IMG/VR virus record: IMGVR_UViG_3300036399_001828
Span: 1 to 29,263 of that record
Length of the DNA stretch: 29,263 nt
Reading direction: 5' to 3' (one strand)
DNA from: a virus
Taxonomy: Duplodnaviria; Caudoviricetes
Shown in pieces: positions 18,189 through 27,231 of this stretch (positions are counted from its first letter, which is position 1; the number at the start of each line of letters is the position of its first letter). The position numbers and the translations under genes are program-made. The notes under the pieces were generated by a model. That model was not told where the DNA came from, did not search any database, and was given only the letters and a program-made list of their open reading frames with translations.

Positions 18189-19052
18189 ATGAATAATAAA
18201 CCTAGCCTCGTCTACGAACAAATACATTTAGATAATTTGGAGCAACAATTATTGTCTGGCTATCTAACTGAAAGTAGAATTTTAGAAATGGTGAGATCAC
18301 CTGATATTTCTTATGCTGAATTAAATTTAATTGAAAGATATAAACCGGGATATTTAGTGTCTCTTTTGGAAGCAAATCCTGTAGGAATGCTTTCAAGGGC
18401 AGGAACATGGGCAAAAAGTAAAGTACCTTTACAAAATTTTCAAGCATCTGCACAAGGACAACAACAATATAGTCAACAAGCCAATAATTTAAAAAAACAG
18501 CTTCACCGTTATTTAGGAAGTATTAATAAAAAGGTCAATGCGTTGACTAACAGTGAATTACTAGATTTTTTTCAAAGTCAGAGAGTTGATGTAGCCAACA
18601 ATCCTAAATTGGCAACATTGGCAAATAATCCTGATAATATTTTAGGAGATCAACAAATAAATCAGGCAATTCTAAATGCGGTAACGTTTGCAAATACAGT
18701 TCGAACAAATAGACAACCTCAACAAAATCAACAACCTCAACAAAATCAACAACCTCAACAAAATCAACAACCTCAACAAAATCAACTTCCGCAAGCACAA
18801 TTCCAACAGCAACTTCAACAACCACAGAATCAACATAAACAGCTTCAACAGCAATTCCAACAACAGCTTCAACAACCACAACAGCTTCAACAACCACAGA
18901 AACAGAAGAAGAAGCAGAATGAACTTCCGCCAGCACAAGTTAATAAAATGGCGGCAGTCTTGAATAATTTAATGAGAACCAATCAATGGGATTGGGCAAA
19001 AACTACTGGTTTTATTAAACAACTAAAAGCAGCAGGAATAAATATTTCATAA
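18189..19052 (+). CDS. Gln-rich protein, probable internal head protein
   Basis: N-terminal leader shared with the next gene, containing LTE/LLE sites; (QPQQNQ)4 and a Gln-rich tract. Confidence 0.7.
   Translation: MNNKPSLVYEQIHLDNLEQQLLSGYLTESRILEMVRSPDISYAELNLIERYKPGYLVSLLEANPVGMLSRAGTWAKSKVPLQNFQASAQGQQQYSQQANNLKKQLHRYLGSINKKVNALTNSELLDFFQSQRVDVANNPKLATLANNPDNILGDQQINQAILNAVTFANTVRTNRQPQQNQQPQQNQQPQQNQQPQQNQLPQAQFQQQLQQPQNQHKQLQQQFQQQLQQPQQLQQPQKQKKKQNELPPAQVNKMAAVLNNLMRTNQWDWAKTTGFIKQLKAAGINIS
18714..18785 (+). repeat. 18-bp tandem repeat x4 (CAACCTCAACAAAATCAA) encoding QPQQNQ
   Basis: Four identical units read directly from the sequence, followed by degenerate CAACAGCTTCAACAACCA units. 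Confidence 0.95.
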
Positions 19053-19067
19053 ATTGTAAATAATAAC

Positions 19068-19601
19068 ATGAACAACTCATATCAACATATATACGAACAA
19101 TCACAAAATGAAAGTTTCGAACGTCAAATATATTCTGGTCATTTAACTGAAAGTCAAATCCAAGAAAATATCAATAATAATCTTTTATCTGAAAGTCAAA
19201 TAGTTTTGGCAGAAGGAATTTTAGGTCGTGCATTTGACCGAACAAAAGGTTTTTTAAAAGGTCGCAGTGAACCAAAAGGTTATAATCGTGATTACGAATA
19301 CGAACAAGCAAAAGGCAGCAGTGCATTAAAAAGACATCGTGCGGTTCTCCAAAGAGCATTAGATGATTATTTAAATGATTTGCGTGTACTAGACATTGCA
19401 ACTCCTGAAATTGAAGCATCAATTCGCAATATGAAAAGTGAATTAGATAAACATGTTATGGACGTTTCAACTGGAGGATCACCATCAAATAGTTACAGTT
19501 CTTCAAGAGAACCATTAGCTAGAAATTTAACTGGACAATGGGCACAAGGACCAAAAGGTCGTTTTGTTAAACGACAAGGAACATTAGGAACTCCTAGATA
19601 A
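19068..19601 (+). CDS. hypothetical protein, probable internal head protein
   Basis: IYEQ...SGHLTES..LLSES..LAEG leader; TAAATA-N5-ATG. Confidence 0.72.
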   Translation: MNNSYQHIYEQSQNESFERQIYSGHLTESQIQENINNNLLSESQIVLAEGILGRAFDRTKGFLKGRSEPKGYNRDYEYEQAKGSSALKRHRAVLQRALDDYLNDLRVLDIATPEIEASIRNMKSELDKHVMDVSTGGSPSNSYSSSREPLARNLTGQWAQGPKGRFVKRQGTLGTPR

Positions 19602-19608
19602 TTAAAAT

Positions 19609-19639
19609 TAAAAAAGCCGCTTTTTTAGCGGCTTTTTTA
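19609..19639. terminator. bidirectional intrinsic terminator
   Basis: TAAAAAAGCCGCT-TTTTT-AGCGGCTTTTTTA between convergent genes. Confidence 0.88.
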
Positions 19640-20449
19640 TTAGGAAAGAATCGACGGATTAATTTCTATTTTTCCTGAGTATTTTATTCCATCTATGGTT
19701 TTTTCTACAGATAAAATATCTGTTAATTGTTTTCCAAATTTCTGGTCAATTGTTTCTATAATTTTGGAAATTGTATTTCCTGAAATATTTTCTACTACGG
19801 AAATTCGGTTATCAACAGAATATTCAGAAAAATCTATAACGGTGTCTTTAAATTTAATACTCTTTAAATATTGTGCGATTTCATAAATGAACAAAACGCC
19901 GAAAATTTCCTTTAATGCAGACTTGTCACTTTCGTCAATTTTCTTAGTATAATTCTTTTCAAAACTACGATTAAATAAGAATTCTTGATTTATTGTTGGA
20001 AAATTAATTAATATTTCGGTAGAATCTATTACTACAATTTCATCATCAAATTTAAAAGACGTTTGTTGAATCTTTGATAAAATTGTACTGATATTAATTT
20101 CTTCTTTAATTTTATTATCATCTGAAGATAATTCTACTTCTATTGTAGGACGAATATTGTTCTGTCGAAGTTGAAGAATAATTGCAACTTTATCCAAAGT
20201 ATTAATTTGTGAAATTATGCTATCATCAATTAATATTTCATTAAGAATTCCATACACTGTTTGATTAAAAATATTATTTGCAAAAATTCCTGATACAGAA
20301 GTTTTAATAATATTCTTCAAATGCAGTGCAGTCATTGGTTTGACTACAACAGATTTACCAAGTGATGGAATATATAAAGATTTTTCCAAATCACGATTGG
20401 ATTCACGAACAAGATTTAGTATTTCACTAATGTTTAATGGTTGAGACAT
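19640..20449 (-). CDS. gp26-like baseplate hub assembly protein
   Basis: LYIPSLGKSVVVKPMT...TLDKVAIILQLR...INFPT. Confidence 0.7.
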   Translation of the reverse strand: MSQPLNISEILNLVRESNRDLEKSLYIPSLGKSVVVKPMTALHLKNIIKTSVSGIFANNIFNQTVYGILNEILIDDSIISQINTLDKVAIILQLRQNNIRPTIEVELSSDDNKIKEEINISTILSKIQQTSFKFDDEIVVIDSTEILINFPTINQEFLFNRSFEKNYTKKIDESDKSALKEIFGVLFIYEIAQYLKSIKFKDTVIDFSEYSVDNRISVVENISGNTISKIIETIDQKFGKQLTDILSVEKTIDGIKYSGKIEINPSILS

Positions 20450-20457
20450 AAAAGTAA

Positions 20458-21408
20458 TTACAAGAATTCACTTGGACTTTCAACCATACCTGCTGCATTA
20501 ACGTTATATTCTTCAAATAAGTTTATATCTTTAGACGATTTTGTATTATCTTTCTCACTAGATTTCAGCATATTTGTTACGATGTCAAGTTCTCCGGGAG
20601 ATAAGTTTTTATAAAAGTTGTAATCGAAATGACAATTCATTGAAATGTTCGCATATTGCCCAAGTATATTAGCTAATGAAGAATCACGAAATAATATTTT
20701 AGATAAATCTGTCAAATTATTAAAATCCATCTTCAACTCCAAAGAATCTTCGCATTTATCATTAGAACACTTAGTCTTTAATAATAATAGATTCTTGAAT
20801 ATTTTATGAAGAACATCTATAAAATTATTTTTAATGTCTAATAACAGAGAAAATGGCAGACTTTCACAAATTGCAATTTTGTCTGACAATGAAATTTCAT
20901 CTAAATTAATTTCCGAATTTCCGACTTTTATATTTTTAATAAAAGAATAAAGATATAAATCCAATTTTTTATTATAATCAGTTTCTTCAACATTTATAGT
21001 TTCATCTAAAAGTAAAGAAGGAATATCACAAGTTACACTTATTGATGCATTATGAAAAGTAGTCGAAAATGATTGGTCAATCTTTTCAGATAAATCATCC
21101 AACATTTTATTTAAATCAATACTAAAGTTGGTTTTACTTTCACATTTCTCACAAACTCTAGTTAATTTTAATATAGGTCCACAAGATACCACTTTTAATT
21201 GCAAAAGTATTACAAACTTATCAATTAATGTAATAGTTGAAAAAATACTTTTATCTAATAGATTATAGTTAATAACTTCATTTAATGTTAGCTCAAAATC
21301 AGTATCATCATCAATAGATTTCAGAATATCACGATATTGCTCACAATCTATTTCCTTCATTCTTTTATATTTTTGAATTGAAGGAATCCATATTCGATTA
21401 GATGCCAT
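20458..21408 (-). CDS. gp26-like baseplate hub assembly protein with Cys pairs and a gp51-like C-terminus
   Basis: IWIPS...TLIDKFVILLQLKVVSCG...CEKC...CSNDKC; the C-terminal SLANILGQYANISMNCHFDYNFYKNLSPGELDI resembles gp51. Confidence 0.68.
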   Translation of the reverse strand: MASNRIWIPSIQKYKRMKEIDCEQYRDILKSIDDDTDFELTLNEVINYNLLDKSIFSTITLIDKFVILLQLKVVSCGPILKLTRVCEKCESKTNFSIDLNKMLDDLSEKIDQSFSTTFHNASISVTCDIPSLLLDETINVEETDYNKKLDLYLYSFIKNIKVGNSEINLDEISLSDKIAICESLPFSLLLDIKNNFIDVLHKIFKNLLLLKTKCSNDKCEDSLELKMDFNNLTDLSKILFRDSSLANILGQYANISMNCHFDYNFYKNLSPGELDIVTNMLKSSEKDNTKSSKDINLFEEYNVNAAGMVESPSEFL

Positions 21409-21425
21409 ATCTTTAATTATATAGG

Positions 21426-22196
21426 TTAAGATATATTATCCACTATATAATATTTAGAATATACAAAGTCTGCTTGAACTTTAGGAAAGTCGCTTGAAGA
21501 AGAATAATCCAGATTTTCACTTGCAATAGAAATTGGCGCACAATTTTCAAAAATTATACTTTTTCGTATTCTTGATTGAACATCTGTTCCATCTCTTGCT
21601 AATTGATGAATTGTAATTCTTGCTTTTATAGAAGATGAATTTTCAGTAGCAATTAATCCTCGGTGTGCAACCAGAATAGACCACGGACGTAAAAATCCAT
21701 CAATAAAAGACCGATTTGTTTCTAAAAATCCTATTTGTAATGGTTCAAAATCTGAACGTCCTGCAATAATCGGAGAATTTATAAATCCTCTATTAGAACC
21801 TTCCGTTATTCCAGAATACTCCACTTTTATCTTTTCTCCCGGAATACTAACGCCTTGAGCAAAAATACATCCAATGACATTTTGGACACTATCCATTGTT
21901 GTTGCATCAACACTCTTACTAACATTCCATCCTTTTCCTTCATACCGATTTCCTAATTGTTTTATTTCATTTTTTAAAAAATTAGAATTGATTGCTTCTA
22001 TAACTACTACCCAATGAAATTTTAAAGGAACATTATATGCCCAATTGCAAATAGTATTATGAAAATATGTGATTCCTCCATTAACAATGCTTGGTTGACG
22101 AGCATTTGCTATATGATTTTGTTGAAAACCATCTAATAAACTCTGGGAGAAAAATGCTAAATTCAAATCTCCGCAATTTGTGGGAATAATTGACAT
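21426..22196 (-). CDS. gp54/gp19-like tail-tube-fold protein (tube initiator)
   Basis: FAQGVSIPGE, FEPLQIGFLET...FLRPW and FENCAPISI..ENLDY....VQADFVY. Confidence 0.72.
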   Translation of the reverse strand: MSIIPTNCGDLNLAFFSQSLLDGFQQNHIANARQPSIVNGGITYFHNTICNWAYNVPLKFHWVVVIEAINSNFLKNEIKQLGNRYEGKGWNVSKSVDATTMDSVQNVIGCIFAQGVSIPGEKIKVEYSGITEGSNRGFINSPIIAGRSDFEPLQIGFLETNRSFIDGFLRPWSILVAHRGLIATENSSSIKARITIHQLARDGTDVQSRIRKSIIFENCAPISIASENLDYSSSSDFPKVQADFVYSKYYIVDNIS

Positions 22197-22204
22197 ATCT
22201 TTAT

Positions 22205-22666
22205 TTAAGAATCATCACCGAATATTTTTTCAATATTATCATATTGTGTTTTTCCGCGAGAACCAATTTTGCTAATTCCATTTGGTAAAGTATATTTTAC
22301 AATCATATCACCTTGTTTAGAGTTGACTTTTGCGCCCGGTTGACGAGGATTGACTCCACTTATTCTTAATCTTCCACCCAACCCTTTAGCAATACCTGCT
22401 TCATCTGCACTTTTCTCAGATTTATTTCGGACTCTAACGCCTTTTTCTTTCCAATAATTTCCAGTGTATTGTTGCTGCTTATAAACTTTAGTTTTTTGAG
22501 AATCACTTATTCTTTTATTTGATGAACGAACTCTTTTATTTGATGCGGTTGGATACAAGTTATTATTCCAATAACGAGATTTTTGATTACTATTATTTCG
22601 TTTAGATTTAGCAGTCAAATATTCTGTTACAATTCTTTGGTAAAATTTATCAAACTCGTCAGTCAT
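22205..22666 (-). CDS. highly basic hypothetical protein, possibly an internal head/DNA-binding protein
   Basis: Acidic leader MTDEFDKFYQRIVTE followed by a K/R/N/S-rich body. Confidence 0.65.
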   Translation of the reverse strand: MTDEFDKFYQRIVTEYLTAKSKRNNSNQKSRYWNNNLYPTASNKRVRSSNKRISDSQKTKVYKQQQYTGNYWKEKGVRVRNKSEKSADEAGIAKGLGGRLRISGVNPRQPGAKVNSKQGDMIVKYTLPNGISKIGSRGKTQYDNIEKIFGDDS

Positions 22667-22713
22667 ATTAATAAAAATACTTATTGCAACTATTACCTTT
22701 TATAGTATCTTTG

Positions 22714-23712
22714 ATGGTGGAATTGCCGCAATCATACATTATAGACAAATTCAATATATATTCTTCTAAGGTAAAAGAAAGTCGTTATTACTTAAACGGT
22801 TGCTGTCCAGTTTGCAGGGAAGGCAAATCATGGAACGTGAAAACACGGTTATTCTATTTTCTAGAAGATAACTATTTGTTTTGTCATAATTGTAATCGGT
22901 CATGGTTTCCGGTTTCGTGGGTTATGGAAGTTGCAAATTTATCTTTTAAAGAAGTTTTAGAAGATTTAAAAGATAATAATTATAGCACTGATTATAGTTT
23001 AGTGGTGGATTCTGTAGAAAAAGCGGTTTATGAAGTTCCTACTCTTCCCGGAGAATGTGTAAATCTCCGAGACGAATTGCAAGTAAAATACTTCGATAAT
23101 TTTCCGATTGTTAAAACAACATTACAATATTGTAAAAATCGCAGATTGTTTTCAGCAATTAATTCCCCGAAAACACTGTTTTGTTGTTTAAACGACAAGT
23201 TTCACGGAAACAGACTAATTATTCCATTCTATAATGAAAAAGGAAAAATCGAAAGTTATATTTCTAGGAAAATATCTGATAATGACAAAAAAGCAAAATA
23301 CTTAATAAAATTTGGAAGCAAAAAACCAGTCTTCAATTTGAATAAAATTGATGAAAATTTCCCTTATATTTTTATTTTCGAAGGTCAAATTGATTCCATG
23401 TTTGTAAAAAATGGAATTGCAATATCAGGAACACACTTAACAAACGAGCAAGAACAGGAAATAACTAATAATTTTCCATTTCATCAAAAAATTTGGGTAT
23501 TGGACAATTATCGGTTTGAAGAAAAGGAAGTTGTTGATATTATCATTAATAAACTCAAAAATAATGAAAAAGTATTCTTGTACGAAGGAATTTATTCCAA
23601 AACTAAAGATTTAAATGATTTTTGTGTGGAGAATAAGATAGATTGTATAGATCCAAATGATATAATCAATTTTTCTTTTTCCGGTGAAAAAGGTTTATTA
23701 AAACTAACATAA
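22714..23712 (+). CDS. 61: gp61-like DNA primase
   Basis: Zn finger CPVC...CHNC, RLIIPF, KYL, TOPRIM FIFEGQIDSMF, WVLDN and KDLND. Start is ATG 22714 or GTG 22717. Confidence 0.93.
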   Translation: MVELPQSYIIDKFNIYSSKVKESRYYLNGCCPVCREGKSWNVKTRLFYFLEDNYLFCHNCNRSWFPVSWVMEVANLSFKEVLEDLKDNNYSTDYSLVVDSVEKAVYEVPTLPGECVNLRDELQVKYFDNFPIVKTTLQYCKNRRLFSAINSPKTLFCCLNDKFHGNRLIIPFYNEKGKIESYISRKISDNDKKAKYLIKFGSKKPVFNLNKIDENFPYIFIFEGQIDSMFVKNGIAISGTHLTNEQEQEITNNFPFHQKIWVLDNYRFEEKEVVDIIINKLKNNEKVFLYEGIYSKTKDLNDFCVENKIDCIDPNDIINFSFSGEKGLLKLT

Positions 23713-23742
23713 AAAAGGCCGATTATAATCGGCCTTTTTTAT
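23709..23742. terminator. bidirectional terminator (perfect 34-bp palindrome)
   Basis: ATAAAAAAGGCCGATTATAATCGGCCTTTTTTAT between convergent genes. Confidence 0.88.
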
Positions 23743-24305
23743 TAAACTTGTGGAGAAGGATTTTCGAGTTGATCAGATTTTTGTAAATCCGAAACAAATT
23801 CGGCCACTTTACTATGCACATTACTAACTGCTGCATCAATATCTTCAAATAAATTTTGGAAATCTTGAAGAGTTTTATGCAGTTCTTTAAATGCTGCTAG
23901 TTTTGTTGGATCACTAGCAACAAATCCTGCCATAATTGCATACGGATCTTGTGCCATAGAATCAATTTTAGCTTTAGAAAAAACTTCAATTCGATTAGTA
24001 AAATCTGCAACCTCTCCTACTTTTTCTTTAATCTGTTTAAGAGTCATTGCTTGCACTCCTTCAGGAGATAACGAATTGGAAAAATCATTCATTTTAGAAT
24101 CAAAATGTTTTTGAACAGTTGCAAAGGTATCTTTAATACCTTTAGTCAAAAATTCATCAGGATCAGTTTCTTGATCTAAGAAATCGCCCATTGCATCTCC
24201 CGGAACAGAATGAGAACCGTTTCGGCGTGGAACAGCAGAATTAGGCGTTTGAGGAAGACCCACATCTTCTAATAAGATTTTATTGAATAGACTTTTATAG
24301 TTCAT
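23742..24305 (-). CDS. helical/coiled-coil hypothetical protein, possible prohead core or internal protein
   Basis: Leader MNYKSLFNKILLE; TAAATA-N5-ATG. Confidence 0.7.
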   Translation of the reverse strand: MNYKSLFNKILLEDVGLPQTPNSAVPRRNGSHSVPGDAMGDFLDQETDPDEFLTKGIKDTFATVQKHFDSKMNDFSNSLSPEGVQAMTLKQIKEKVGEVADFTNRIEVFSKAKIDSMAQDPYAIMAGFVASDPTKLAAFKELHKTLQDFQNLFEDIDAAVSNVHSKVAEFVSDLQKSDQLENPSPQV

Positions 24306-24323
24306 ACTTATATTTATTGACTC

Positions 24324-24351
24324 TTGACTTTTTTTCTAAAACCGATAAAAT
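24324..24351 (+). promoter_or_regulatory. sigma70-type promoter
   Basis: TTGACT-N16-TAAAAT, ending 5 nt before the ATG at 24357. Confidence 0.6.
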
Positions 24352-24356
24352 ACATT

Positions 24357-25100
24357 ATGAAGAAATTCTCAATTCGTGTTGTTATTCCTACTACCAAACT
24401 ATTAAAAGATTTTGAAAAAACTGTTTCATTTTTTTGTATAGATTCCTCAATATCTTTTGCTAATAAAACTAGTAAAGATCAAAAGATAATTTTGGATATT
24501 GTTTCAGAAAATAAAATAGGATTGTCAGAATTATATCAGAGTAAATTAGATTCTTCCAGTGAGGATTACATATTATTCATGCATGATGATTTAGAAATTC
24601 ATGATAAATTCTTATTTGAAAAATTATTAAAAGCTCATGAACTTTATGATGTTGTTGGATTAGCAGGGGCGACTAGTCAAAATTATAACAAGAATGTTCC
24701 TCCTGTATGGCATTTAAGCGTAGAATCCCCGCAGGACGCACGCGGGATGGTATGCCACTACATTCCCAAAAACTTTGCAGGAGCGCAGGAATCGCACGTC
24801 AACAGTGTTTACTTTGGTCCTACACCAGCAGAGGTTGTAGTCATTGATGGATTGTTTATGAGTTTCAAAAATTCAGCATTAAAAAATAAACCTGCAATAT
24901 TTAATAAAACTTTCTCCTTTCATTTTTATGATTTAGCTGCATGCTATAATGCAAAAATGAATGATTTAAAAATCGGGGTATTTCCTATTTTCTGCATTCA
25001 TCATGGGTTAGGAGATTATAATAATGATCCTCTTTGGCACGAACTATCGGTTAAATTCAAACAACACTATACGGAAATTAATAAATTGACAACCTCCTGA
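24357..25100 (+). CDS. GT-A fold (GT2-like) glycosyltransferase
   Basis: YILFMHDDL (DxD-like), DVVGLAG, VVIDGLFM, FHFYDL and CIHHG. Confidence 0.8.
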   Translation: MKKFSIRVVIPTTKLLKDFEKTVSFFCIDSSISFANKTSKDQKIILDIVSENKIGLSELYQSKLDSSSEDYILFMHDDLEIHDKFLFEKLLKAHELYDVVGLAGATSQNYNKNVPPVWHLSVESPQDARGMVCHYIPKNFAGAQESHVNSVYFGPTPAEVVVIDGLFMSFKNSALKNKPAIFNKTFSFHFYDLAACYNAKMNDLKIGVFPIFCIHHGLGDYNNDPLWHELSVKFKQHYTEINKLTTS

Positions 25101-25113
25101 CTAATGGTATACT
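25086..25113 (+). promoter_or_regulatory. strong sigma70-type promoter with extended -10
   Basis: TTGACA(25086-25091)-N16-TATACT(25108-25113) preceded by TGG, followed by the hairpin GCGTAT-ATC-ATACGC. Confidence 0.7.
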
Positions 25114-25144
25114 GCGTATATCATACGCTAAAACATAACCTACT

Positions 25145-25552
25145 ATGAAAAATTCATCAGATTTTACTAGAGATATTTTAAAAAATAAAGAACTTGAAGA
25201 AATATCATCAAGTGATCAATTTATTCCGTATCTTGTGCAAAAATATATTTCTGGTGTATCTCCAGAATATTGTGTATTAATCAATAATGTATTAAATACA
25301 AAATTATTGGTATGGAAAGATCCGCAAGAAATCTATAATCTATTAAAGATTTTAATTCCTAAGAAAAAATATATAAACTATAGATATTTCGGAAAGCCCG
25401 CAAACAAAAAAGAATCAAAAGTTGATGAGGAAACTATTTGTAATAATTTAGAAATTTCTAGGAGAGAATTGCATATTATGTTAGAAACTTTTCCAGAACT
25501 TGAAAAAGAACTAATTGAACAAAAAGAAAAAATCTTGAAATCTAGAAAATAA
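25145..25552 (+). CDS. gp62-like clamp loader small subunit
   Basis: FIPYLVQKYIS...NNVLN...IYNLL..LIPKKKY..Y.GK...ICNNLEISRRE. Confidence 0.68.
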   Translation: MKNSSDFTRDILKNKELEEISSSDQFIPYLVQKYISGVSPEYCVLINNVLNTKLLVWKDPQEIYNLLKILIPKKKYINYRYFGKPANKKESKVDEETICNNLEISRRELHIMLETFPELEKELIEQKEKILKSRK

Positions 25553-25567
25553 CTTTTAAATATCAAT

Positions 25568-26011
25568 ATGGACGACATTACTCCTTTACAAAATGCCAGC
25601 ATTAACCATGCCATTAAAAAATTATACAAAACGGAAAAAATAGTTAATTATGATTTAGATTTGTCTAAATGGAAAATAAAACATTTATATAAAGACACTC
25701 TTTGGGTGCAATTATTAGATGAACCCGATGCAGATACTATTATGAGAAATGGTATTGCTATTCCAGTTTCCCAATCAAAAGGATTGTTTCGTTTAGGAAA
25801 AGTGTTAATGTGTGGTCCTGATGCAAAACATGCAACAACAGGAGAAATAATCCGATTTTCTCAAGGCGTCGGTCAACCGTATGAACAAAAAGTAGATGGT
25901 TATAAAACATGGTTGATTCGGGAAGATGCAGTAATAGCAGTGGTGGAATTTGATGGTACTTCCGAAGAGATGAAAACTGATTTAGAAGACAATATATATT
26001 TGGCAAGATAA
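25568..26011 (+). CDS. GroES/Cpn10-like co-chaperonin (functional analogue of gp31)
   Basis: HLYKDTLWV...NGIAIP...GKVLMCGP...GEIIRF...LIREDAVIAVVE. Confidence 0.8.
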   Translation: MDDITPLQNASINHAIKKLYKTEKIVNYDLDLSKWKIKHLYKDTLWVQLLDEPDADTIMRNGIAIPVSQSKGLFRLGKVLMCGPDAKHATTGEIIRFSQGVGQPYEQKVDGYKTWLIREDAVIAVVEFDGTSEEMKTDLEDNIYLAR

Positions 26012-26019
26012 ATATATGA

Positions 26020-26577
26020 ATGAATAATTCGTCTGTGCAGCAAATGCTTGGTCAAAATGTTGTGGAATTAACATTTGTCAGAAGACATGAAAAGCTGCAA
26101 TGGAATGATGTTAGAGGTTTATTAGGAACTACTAACTACGAATTATTAAATGGACCATTTGGAAACACTGTTCTGCATTTTCGTCCTCCAAATGGACGAG
26201 GAATGGGCTATGATTATAAATCGAAAAATTTATGTGTAGTCTGGGATTTTTTTCGACAGGAATATCGTGTTTTTGGCGCTGAACAAGTTAAGATTCGACA
26301 ACTATTTGATTTATCAGATCCAGATAAAATGCAAGAATTTTATGATTGGTTTTATGAATATATCATAAATATGAGCAATGATCAAAAAAATGATTTTATG
26401 GGATATGAAGGAGAAGCATATGCAATGAAACAATTAGCTAGAAGAAGTCCGGGGAATTTAATTAATTCTAGTCAATCCCCTGACCCAAAACCTGTTTCAA
26501 AACGTGTATTATCAGTTTATCAAAACTTGAAAGATTTTGTTCTCAATTTTAATAAGAAGAAGGGAAACAATAGTTGA
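26020..26577 (+). CDS. DUF2693/WYL_2-like SH3 beta-barrel protein
   Basis: VVELTFVRR...RGLLGTTN...VVWDFFRQEYRVF. Confidence 0.6.
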   Translation: MNNSSVQQMLGQNVVELTFVRRHEKLQWNDVRGLLGTTNYELLNGPFGNTVLHFRPPNGRGMGYDYKSKNLCVVWDFFRQEYRVFGAEQVKIRQLFDLSDPDKMQEFYDWFYEYIINMSNDQKNDFMGYEGEAYAMKQLARRSPGNLINSSQSPDPKPVSKRVLSVYQNLKDFVLNFNKKKGNNS

Positions 26578-26606
26578 ACTATATCTTTTCCCTTCTAAGT
26601 ATTTTC

Positions 26607-26984
26607 ATGAATTTGTTGACATCTTCGGAAAAGATAGAAAAGATTTTTGATAAATATTTTCAAAAAAATATAATTCTCTATATAAATGATGAACCGATAA
26701 AAAAAGGAAAATTCCTTTTAATTAAAAATTGTATTATTAGTAATAATTTCTTTTTTGAATTTACTATAAAAAGAGAGAAGAAAATAGATGTTATCAGAGT
26801 ACCATATCCTTTTAAAATAGAAGAATATGTAGAAGATAATTTAATTTATATGGATTATAGAATTTCTTCATTATTTAAAAATCGTCCAGAAATAATTTCT
26901 TCTATCCAACGTTGGATAGAAGAAATTGATCCTAAGTCTCCGAATAAATTATTTAATAATATTTTAGAGATAAAATTTGAATAA
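26607..26984 (+). CDS. hypothetical protein
   Basis: ATG at 26607 lies 5 nt after TAAGTA. Confidence 0.7.
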   Translation: MNLLTSSEKIEKIFDKYFQKNIILYINDEPIKKGKFLLIKNCIISNNFFFEFTIKREKKIDVIRVPYPFKIEEYVEDNLIYMDYRISSLFKNRPEIISSIQRWIEEIDPKSPNKLFNNILEIKFE

Positions 26985-26985
26985 C

Positions 26986-27231
26986 ATGGATAAATCTTTA
27001 TACTTTTCTATTTTTGGAGGATATTTCTTTGAATCTTTACCTAGTGATGAAGATGTGTTGGATGCTTTCCAAATTCCGTTAGTAAAAAAACCTAGTTCTT
27101 CTTGTAAACATTGTTATGGAAGATTTTATACAGGATTTGATACAAAACAACGTCATTTTATATTGTGTTCGAAATGTTCAAAAAAGTACATTGATGCTAA
27201 TAAGTTATTAAAGAAAAATGGTAAAAAATAA
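26986..27231 (+). CDS. small Zn-finger-like protein
   Basis: CKHC...CSKC. Confidence 0.68.
   Translation: MDKSLYFSIFGGYFFESLPSDEDVLDAFQIPLVKKPSSSCKHCYGRFYTGFDTKQRHFILCSKCSKKYIDANKLLKKNGKK

Noticed and set aside
18604-18963. Overlapping ORFs (VEVVDF, LLILLR and NNLNKI repeats) or a CRISPR-like array
   Set aside because: These are alternative frames of the 18-bp Gln repeat, and there are no unique spacers.
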